A stretch of DNA of 32,000 bases, taken from contig CADAHU010000003.1 in NCBI GenBank assembly GCA_902787835.1, forward strand, positions 6,890 to 38,889. The letters are read 5' to 3'. The DNA is from an uncultured Eubacteriales bacterium. Lineage in GTDB: Bacteria > Bacillota > Clostridia > Christensenellales > Aristaeellaceae. The notes under the pieces were generated by a model. That model did no database searches and was not told the origin of the DNA. It was given only the letters and a program-made list of their open reading frames with translations. A program made the position numbers and the translations under genes. Below, one piece after another: positions 25,668 through 32,000 of this stretch (position 1 is its first letter; the number at the start of each line of letters is the position of its first letter).

Positions 25668-26645
25668 ATGCCCACTGAACAGGAAATCCTGTCCTTCCGC
25701 GGACAGCTGGAGAATATCAAAACCGAGATCGCCAAGGAGATCGTGGGCCAGGAGGCCGTGGTGGAGGCCATGGTGCTGGCGCTGGTGGCGGGCGGCAACG
25801 TGCTGCTGGAGGGCGTGCCCGGCCTGGGCAAAACCCGTCTGGTGCGCACCCTCTCCCGGGTGCTGGATCTGCCCTTTTCCCGCATCCAGTTTACCCCCGA
25901 TCTGATGCCCGCCGATATTACCGGCACCAACATCATCGAAAAGACCGAGCGCGGCAACGAGTTCCGCTTCCAGCCCGGCCCGCTGTTTGCCTCCATCGTG
26001 CTGGCGGACGAGATCAACCGCGCCACCCCCAAAACCCAGAGCGCCCTGCTGGAGGCCATGCAGGAGCATGCCGTCACGGTGGCCGGCGTCAGCCGCCCCA
26101 TGACGGAGCCTTATTTTGTGCTGGCCACCCAGAACCCGGTGGAGCAGGAGGGCACCTACCCCCTGCCCGAGGCCCAGCTGGACCGCTTCCTCTTTAAGGT
26201 GCTGGTGCCCTTCCCCACGCTGGCGGAATTGGACGCCATCGTGAATTTGACCACCACCGGCGAGGAGCAGCAGGCCCAGAAGGCCGCCGACGGGGCCGAT
26301 ATCCTGCGCCTGCGCGCCATTGCCCGCCAGGTGCCTGTGGCCCAGGCGGTGCAGCAGTACGCCCTGCAATTGATCCTCAACACCCATCCGGAGATCGAAA
26401 CCAGCCCGGCGGTGAGCCGGCAGTACCTGCGCTTCGGGGCCAGCCCCCGCGCCGCCCAGGCCATCCTCAGCGCCGCCCGCGTCCGCGCCCTGGCCCAGGG
26501 GCGGTTCAACGTGGCCTTTGAGGATATCCAGGCCCTGGCCAAGCCCTGCCTGCGCCACCGCATCGCCCTGAACTTTGAGGGCATGGCCCAGGGGCGCACG
26601 CCGGATGATATCATTGACGAACTGCTGAAAGAGGGCAAGCACTGA
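25668..26645 (+). CDS. MoxR-family AAA+ ATPase
   Basis: Walker A LEGVPGLGKT, Walker B IVLADEINRATPKTQSALLEAM. The MoxR hallmark VLATQNPVEQEGTYPLPEAQLDRF is present. RBS AAGGAG at 25654-25659. Confidence 0.93.
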   Translation: MPTEQEILSFRGQLENIKTEIAKEIVGQEAVVEAMVLALVAGGNVLLEGVPGLGKTRLVRTLSRVLDLPFSRIQFTPDLMPADITGTNIIEKTERGNEFRFQPGPLFASIVLADEINRATPKTQSALLEAMQEHAVTVAGVSRPMTEPYFVLATQNPVEQEGTYPLPEAQLDRFLFKVLVPFPTLAELDAIVNLTTTGEEQQAQKAADGADILRLRAIARQVPVAQAVQQYALQLILNTHPEIETSPAVSRQYLRFGASPRAAQAILSAARVRALAQGRFNVAFEDIQALAKPCLRHRIALNFEGMAQGRTPDDIIDELLKEGKH

Positions 26646-27505
26646 TGCTCAGCGACGGTTTTCTGCACCGGCTGGACGCTCTGCGGCTGACGGCCCGGTC
26701 CCCGGCCCAGGGCGGCGCGGGGGGCCTCCGGCGCTCCAAGGCCCTGGGCACGTCGGTGGAGTTCTCGGATTTCCGGGAGTACGCCCCCGGCGATGATCTG
26801 CGCCGCCTGGACTGGAACGCCTACGCCCGGTTTGACCGGCTGTTCCTAAAGCTCTTTATGGAGGAGCAGGAGACCCAGGTGAACCTGCTGGTGGACGCCA
26901 GCGCCTCCATGGGAGAGCGGGATAAATGGCCCTTTGCCCGGGATCTGGCGGCGCTGCTGGCCTACCTGGCCCTGCGGGGCGGCGATCGGGTAACGATGTA
27001 CGCCCTGGGCGGCGGGGAGCGGCATTCCGCCAGCCTGTCCGGCCGGGCGGGATATATGCGGGCGGCGGAGTTCCTGGACGCACTGACGCCCGCCGGTGAA
27101 ACCCGGCTGTGCGCCGATATCGCCCGGCTGCCCCTGCGGCCCGGCCGGGGCATCAGCCTGCTGATCACCGATCTGATGAGCCCGGACGGGTATGAAAAGG
27201 CGCTGCAAAGCCTGCAGTACCGCAGGCAGGAGGCTGCGCTGCTTCACGTGCTCTCGCCCTGGGAGATGAACCCGGAGCTGCAGGGCATGGTGCGGCTGGT
27301 GGACAGCGAGACCGGCGAGGAGCGGGAGCTGTCCGTTACCGGCAGCCTGCTGGAAAGCTATCACAGGGCGCTAAGCGATCTGCTGCGGGGGGCGGAGCGC
27401 TTCTGCCATGGCCGTGGCATGCCCTATCTGCGGCTCACATCGGATATGGATCTGGAAAAAGAGGCCCTGCGGGCGCTGTCCGCCTCGGGCCTTGTGGAAG
27501 CATAA
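26645..27505 (+). CDS. DUF58-family protein (MoxR partner with a degenerate vWA-like fold)
   Basis: Hallmark FREYAPGDDLRRLDWNAYARFDRLFLKLFMEEQE, followed by LLVDASASMG. TGATG overlap with the MoxR stop (26643-26647). Confidence 0.88.
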   Translation: MLSDGFLHRLDALRLTARSPAQGGAGGLRRSKALGTSVEFSDFREYAPGDDLRRLDWNAYARFDRLFLKLFMEEQETQVNLLVDASASMGERDKWPFARDLAALLAYLALRGGDRVTMYALGGGERHSASLSGRAGYMRAAEFLDALTPAGETRLCADIARLPLRPGRGISLLITDLMSPDGYEKALQSLQYRRQEAALLHVLSPWEMNPELQGMVRLVDSETGEERELSVTGSLLESYHRALSDLLRGAERFCHGRGMPYLRLTSDMDLEKEALRALSASGLVEA

Positions 27506-27514
27506 GGAGAGCGT

Positions 27515-29272
27515 ATGCACTGGCTTCATCCGGCGGGGGCGTGGGCCCTGCTCAGCCTGGCGGCGATCGCCGCGCTGTACCTGCTCAGGCGGCGCAGCGA
27601 ATCGCATACCGTGCCCAGCCTGCTTTTATGGCAGCGGGCGGTCCAGGAGCAGCAGGCCATGCGGCCCTTCCAAAAGCTGAAAAAGAATATACTGCTGTTT
27701 TTGCAGCTGGCGCTGGCGGCGCTGCTGGCGGTATCGCTGATGCGGCCCGCGGTCAGCGGCGGCGTCCGGGGCGAAACGGTGTTTGTTTTTGATCTTTCCG
27801 CCAGCATGCAGACGGTGGAGGACGGCCAATCCCGGCTCCAGGAGGCCCAGCGCCGGGCCGATGCGCTGATCGACAGCATGGAACCGGGCGACCGGGTGAC
27901 CGTGCTGGCCGCCGGCGCGCAGGCGAATATCGCCCTGTCCCGCTCGGCGGATCTTTCCCGCGCCCGGGCGGTGATCGACGGCCTGAGGGCGGGCAACGGC
28001 GGGGCCGATCTGCCCGCGGCGGTCTCCCTGGCCCAGGCCATGGCCCGGGATATCGACGGGCTCAACATCCTGGTGTTCTCCGATACCTATGCCGGCGCGG
28101 ACGCCCAGGTGATCCGGGTGGGGCAGCCGGCGCAGAACCGCGCCCTGCTCTCCCTTTCGGTGGGCGAGGGCGGCCAGGCCTTCGCGCGCGTGGCCAATTA
28201 TGGGGACGCGGCTTCCGTGACCCTGGAATGCTATGCAGACGGCAATCTGTGCGATATGGCCGCGGTGGAGGCTGGGGCGGGGGAGACCGTTTCCGCCCTT
28301 CTGCAGGCGCCCGCCGGGGCGCGGACCGTGCAGGTGAAGATCGCCGGGGAGGATGCCCTGGCCGCCGACGACAGCCGCTGGTATGCCGCCCGCTCCGCCG
28401 CCTCCTACCGGGCGGTGCTCTGCGGGGATAACCTGTTCCTGGAAAAAGCGCTCTCCCTGCGCGCCGATCTGACGCTGCTGCGCGCTTCCGTGGAGGAGAT
28501 TTCTGATTTGACCGATATTGACCTGTTTATCTTTGACGGCGCGCTGCCCGAAACGCTGCCCGAAACGGGCATGCTGCTGTGCGTCGCGCCAACGGGCACC
28601 GTGCTGGGCGTTTCGCCCGGGGAGACAGCCTCCGCCTCCGGCGCGCTGCGGGCGGGAGCCGGCGATCTGGCCGGGCGGCTCACCGAAAACCTTTCGCTCA
28701 GCGATATCGCCCTGCGGCGCTGCACGCCCCTGGAGGGCGGTGAGCCTGTGCTGACCCTGGGCGGCAAAACACTGCTTGCGGCGGCGGAGGCCGATGGCCG
28801 CCGGGCCGCCGTGCTGGGCTTTGATCTGCACGACAGCAATCTGCCCCTGAAGGGCGATTTTCCCGTATTGATCCAGAACCTGCTTTCCTGGCTGCTGCCC
28901 GACGCCCGCAGCGCGCTGGCGGACGGCGTCTGCGGCCAGACCGTTGCGCTGCCCGCCGATGTCCGCGCCCAGCATGCCCGGGTGATCACGCCCTCGGGCC
29001 GGACGCTGCCGGCGGAGGGCGCGCTGGAGGATACCGGCGAGATGGGCGTTTATACCCTGGAATACGCCTATGCGGATGGCGCTGTGCGCAGCCTGCCCTT
29101 TGCAATGCACATGGATACCGATGAGAGCGACGTGCGCCAGGTGGGCCCGGCCACGGGAGATGTTTCCCTGGGCGGCACGGCCCCGGCGGGCATGGAGCTG
29201 ACGCACTGGGTATTGCTGGCGCTGCTTGCGCTGCTGCTGGTGGAATGGGGGGTGAGCCGCCGTGTCGGTTGA
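27515..29272 (+). CDS. BatA-like membrane-anchored von Willebrand factor A (vWA) protein (585 aa)
   Basis: N-terminal double-TM module (HPAGAWALLSLAAIAALYLLRRR...ILLFLQLALAALLAVSLMRP) like the Bat/aerotolerance N-domain. MIDAS DxSxS in VFVFDLSASM. C-terminal TM LTHWVLLALLALLLVEWGV. RBS AAGGAGA at 27504-27510. Confidence 0.85.
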   Translation: MHWLHPAGAWALLSLAAIAALYLLRRRSESHTVPSLLLWQRAVQEQQAMRPFQKLKKNILLFLQLALAALLAVSLMRPAVSGGVRGETVFVFDLSASMQTVEDGQSRLQEAQRRADALIDSMEPGDRVTVLAAGAQANIALSRSADLSRARAVIDGLRAGNGGADLPAAVSLAQAMARDIDGLNILVFSDTYAGADAQVIRVGQPAQNRALLSLSVGEGGQAFARVANYGDAASVTLECYADGNLCDMAAVEAGAGETVSALLQAPAGARTVQVKIAGEDALAADDSRWYAARSAASYRAVLCGDNLFLEKALSLRADLTLLRASVEEISDLTDIDLFIFDGALPETLPETGMLLCVAPTGTVLGVSPGETASASGALRAGAGDLAGRLTENLSLSDIALRRCTPLEGGEPVLTLGGKTLLAAAEADGRRAAVLGFDLHDSNLPLKGDFPVLIQNLLSWLLPDARSALADGVCGQTVALPADVRAQHARVITPSGRTLPAEGALEDTGEMGVYTLEYAYADGAVRSLPFAMHMDTDESDVRQVGPATGDVSLGGTAPAGMELTHWVLLALLALLLVEWGVSRRVG

Positions 29273-31856
29273 ATTCCTGCGCCCCTGGGCGCTGGCGCTG
29301 CTGCCGGCGTGCCTGGCGCTGGCGCTGTATATTGCCCATCGCAGCCGCGGTCCGCATCGGGTGGCGGCGGCCTCGCGCTGCCTGCTGATCCTGCTGTGCG
29401 TGCTGGCGCTGGCAGCGCCTTCCCTTTCGCTGCCCGGCGGCCGCGGCGCGGTGTGGATCCTGGCCGACGCCTCCGATTCCCTGCGCGCCATGCAGGGCCA
29501 GGTGACGGCCAGCGTGCAGTCCGCCCTCAATGGCAAGGATCAGAATACCGACGCCGGGGTCATCGCCTTTGGCGGCGACGCCATGGTGGAGGCTCCGCTG
29601 GGGGACAGCCCGGCCTTTTCCGGCGTGCGCACGGCGGTGGATCCCGGAGAATCCGATCTGAACGCCGCGCTGACGCTGGCCGGGGCGCTGCTTCCCTCCG
29701 ATGGCGGCGGCCGTATTGCCGTGATTTCGGACGGCCAGACCGGCGATGTATCGGCGGCGGCCAAAGCGCTGTCGGCCCGGGGTGTGCCGGTGGACGTGCT
29801 GCCCCTTTCGCCTGAGAGCGCGGCCGATGCCCAGATCTCGCAAATTACCCTGCCTGCCGCGGCCTACGCGGGCCAGGCGTTCTCTGTGACCGTGCAGGTG
29901 GATTCCACCCTGGATACCACTGCCACCCTGGTGCTCAGCCAGGATCGCCGTGCGGTGGATACCCGGCAGGTGACGCTGCGCAAGGGTGAAAATACCTTTG
30001 TTTTCCGGGATACAGCGGCGGTACCCGGGGTGATCACCTATGAGGCCCGGCTGATCGCCGAGGGCGATACCGTGAGTCGCAACGACAGCCTGGGGGCCTA
30101 TATCACCGTCAGCGGCGCGCCGCGCATTCTGCTGGCGGAGGGCAAGGCGGGCGAGGGCAGCGAGATGGCCGCCATGCTGACCGCCGCCGGGATGGACTGC
30201 GATACCGTGCAGCCCTCCGCCCTGCCCGCCGACGCCGAGGGGCGCAGCCTGGGCCGCGGGCTGACCGTCATTGGCGGCGACAGCAGCTATGCCCTGGGCG
30301 GTTACCGGGGCACCGATCTGGAGGAGATGCTGCCCGTTACCATCGACGTGCGCAGCAAGCTGGAGCTGCCCTCCCTGGCGCTGATGCTGGTCATCGATAA
30401 ATCGGGCAGCATGACCGAGGGCATGTTCGGCACCACCCGGCTGGAGCTGGCCAAGGAGGCCGCCATGCGCGCCTGCGAGGTGCTGACCGAAAACGACCAG
30501 GTGGGCGTGATCACCTTTGACGACGCCGCCAAATGGGTGGTGGGCCTGCAGAACGTGACCGATGTTGCCGCCATCCAAAGCCAGATCGGCACCATCCGTC
30601 CCGGCGGCGGCACAGCCTTTTATACCGCGCTGTACGAGTCCCTGGCGGCGCTCCGGGACAGCGATGCCGCCCAGAAGCACGTGATCTTCTTAACGGACGG
30701 CGAGCCCGGCGATTCGGGCTACGAAGGCCTGGTGGAGGAGATGGCGGCCAGCGGCATCACCCTGACCACCGTGGCGGTGGGCAGCGGCGCGGATCAGCGC
30801 CTGCTGCGGGGCCTGGCGGTGCTGGGCGGCGGCCGCGCCTATGCCGCCAACGAGTTTGACAACCTGCCCAAGATCTTTACAAAGGAAACCTATCTGGTTT
30901 CCGGCGCGTATGTGCAGAACCGGGCCTTTACGCCGGTGATCGTTCATGAATCGAGCCTGACCGATTTTTCCGGCTTCCCGCGGATGACCGGCTATCTGGC
31001 GGTCACAGAAAAGGACCTGTCCACGGTGGAACTGGTCAGCGATCGGGAGGATCCCCTCCTGGCCTGGTGGCAGTATGGCGCGGGCAAGGTGCTGTGCTTT
31101 ATGGGCGACAGCCGCGGCGCGTGGACGGCGGAGCTGCTGCAATGGAGCGACGCGGCGGCCTTTTATGGCGGCATGGCGGCCTTTGTGCTGCCCGCCGAGG
31201 AGCGGTCCGGTTCGGTCAGCGCTCAGCGGGAGGATGGCCGCATGCGGGTGACCTATACCGCACCGGAGGAAGCCTCCGGATTGGATACCTGGGTCACCGC
31301 TCTGCTGCCCGACGGCAGCCAGGAGCGCATCCAGCTGACCGAGACCGCCCAGGGCGTTTATACCGGCGCGCTGGCCGCCGATCAGGAGGGCGCGTACGCC
31401 CTGCGGGCGGAGCAGTTTGACGCCCAGGGTGATCTGCTGCGGGTCATGGAGGGCGGCGCGGTGGCCGGATATTCCCGGGAATACGATCTGCGCCAGACCG
31501 ACGGCGCAGGCACGCTGGAACGCCTGGCTGCCATGACCGGCGGCACGGTGTATACCGATCCCGCGCAGCTGCTGGCTGCCGCCGTGCCCGGCGCTTCCCG
31601 GCGGGTGGAGCTGACCCGGCCGCTGCTGCTGGCGCTGCTGGCGCTTTTGCTGCTGGATATCGCCATGCGCCGTCTGGGCTGGGACGCCTGGCTGGAAAAG
31701 AAGCTGCGCGCGCCCAAAGCGGCGCCCGCAAAGCCCCAGGCGCAGCCCGCGGCGGCTGTCAAGCCGGCCCGGGAGCAGCCGAAGCCCGCCGCGCCCGCGC
31801 CTGCCGATACCGCCCAGGCTTTGCTGGATCGCAAAAAGAACAAAAAGCTGCTGTGA
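29262..31856 (+). CDS. large membrane-anchored double-vWA protein with GATase1-like modules (864 aa)
   Basis: GTG start overlaps the upstream gene by 11 nt. BatA-like N-terminal TM pair (FLRPWALALLPACLALALYIAHR...). First MIDAS WILADASDS and second MIDAS LMLVIDKSGSM. PLLAWWQYGAGKVLCF is typical of the non-catalytic amidotransferase-like domain seen in Bat-type proteins. C-terminal TM (LLLALLALLLLDIAM) followed by a Pro/Ala/Lys-rich tail. Confidence 0.85.
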   Translation: MSVEFLRPWALALLPACLALALYIAHRSRGPHRVAAASRCLLILLCVLALAAPSLSLPGGRGAVWILADASDSLRAMQGQVTASVQSALNGKDQNTDAGVIAFGGDAMVEAPLGDSPAFSGVRTAVDPGESDLNAALTLAGALLPSDGGGRIAVISDGQTGDVSAAAKALSARGVPVDVLPLSPESAADAQISQITLPAAAYAGQAFSVTVQVDSTLDTTATLVLSQDRRAVDTRQVTLRKGENTFVFRDTAAVPGVITYEARLIAEGDTVSRNDSLGAYITVSGAPRILLAEGKAGEGSEMAAMLTAAGMDCDTVQPSALPADAEGRSLGRGLTVIGGDSSYALGGYRGTDLEEMLPVTIDVRSKLELPSLALMLVIDKSGSMTEGMFGTTRLELAKEAAMRACEVLTENDQVGVITFDDAAKWVVGLQNVTDVAAIQSQIGTIRPGGGTAFYTALYESLAALRDSDAAQKHVIFLTDGEPGDSGYEGLVEEMAASGITLTTVAVGSGADQRLLRGLAVLGGGRAYAANEFDNLPKIFTKETYLVSGAYVQNRAFTPVIVHESSLTDFSGFPRMTGYLAVTEKDLSTVELVSDREDPLLAWWQYGAGKVLCFMGDSRGAWTAELLQWSDAAAFYGGMAAFVLPAEERSGSVSAQREDGRMRVTYTAPEEASGLDTWVTALLPDGSQERIQLTETAQGVYTGALAADQEGAYALRAEQFDAQGDLLRVMEGGAVAGYSREYDLRQTDGAGTLERLAAMTGGTVYTDPAQLLAAAVPGASRRVELTRPLLLALLALLLLDIAMRRLGWDAWLEKKLRAPKAAPAKPQAQPAAAVKPAREQPKPAAPAPADTAQALLDRKKNKKLL

Positions 31857-31901
31857 GCGGCGCTGGATGCATAAGGATGCTGGAGCAATGGAGGAAACGC
31901 A

Positions 31902-32000
31902 ATGGAGCTTTTGCGGCTGGAGCACGCGCTGACGGTGTGCAAGGTGGCGGACGCCGGAGAGATCGATCTTGCCAGGCCGTTCTATTTTATCGGCAGGACG
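31902..32000 (+). CDS. ACT-domain protein (ACT_7-like), N-terminal fragment running off the window
   Basis: ATG 31902 sits 7 nt after GGAGG (31890-31894). MELLRLEHALTVCKVADAGEIDLARPFYFIGRT matches the usual start of small ACT_7 proteins (L..L...L.VC.L......D......FF.I.RT). Only 33 codons are visible. Confidence 0.5.
   Translation, partial: MELLRLEHALTVCKVADAGEIDLARPFYFIGRT

Noticed and set aside
19696-31856. The MoxR/vWA operon as a MoxR-vWA type phage or conflict system with an effector.
   Set aside because: I could not recognise any protease, nuclease, pore-forming or NTP-dependent sensor (STAND-like) effector domain in the eight proteins. All large partners look like envelope-anchored structural or adhesive proteins. 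A defence role is not excluded, but the sequence does not support it.

Overview
High-GC Firmicutes/Clostridia-like chromosomal segment, judged from GGAGG-type ribosome binding sites, a spoVB/yabM-like - mazG/yabN-like - hup arrangement, and anaerobe-type radical SAM and Fe-S genes. I support about 28 protein-coding genes. No tRNA, rRNA, CRISPR array, transposase or integrase was seen. Almost every real gene is shadowed by long antisense or out-of-frame ORFs rich in R/G/A/P/H/Q; these are GC artefacts and are rejected.

Layout:
- 1-3.9 kb: NUDIX fragment, a small orphan protein, a MOP-family flippase, MazG, HU.
- 4.0-8.2 kb: OmpR/histidine-kinase pair, an aldo-keto reductase with an Fe-S domain, an acyl-ACP thioesterase.
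- 8.2-12.75 kb: a three-gene module (cytoplasmic GH28 translationally coupled to an uncharacterised radical SAM enzyme, and a divergent GH105). It is bracketed by two inverted copies of a structured GC-rich repeat, with the 88-nt core identical at 85 of 88 positions.
- 12.8-19.6 kb: one long minus-strand gene string, GT2/GtrA - lepA - 55-aa membrane protein - prfA - GNAT - topB, joined by overlapping stop/start codons.
- 19.7-31.9 kb: the most interesting region. It is an eight-gene, tightly coupled plus-strand operon. It joins a Bat-like MoxR AAA+ / DUF58 / two membrane-anchored vWA proteins to an ABC-2 exporter and two large membrane proteins I could not assign. One of those has a long codon-scrambled Gly-Gln repeat.
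- 31.9-32.0 kb: an ACT-domain gene begins.

All family calls rest on motif recognition by eye. No database search was run.
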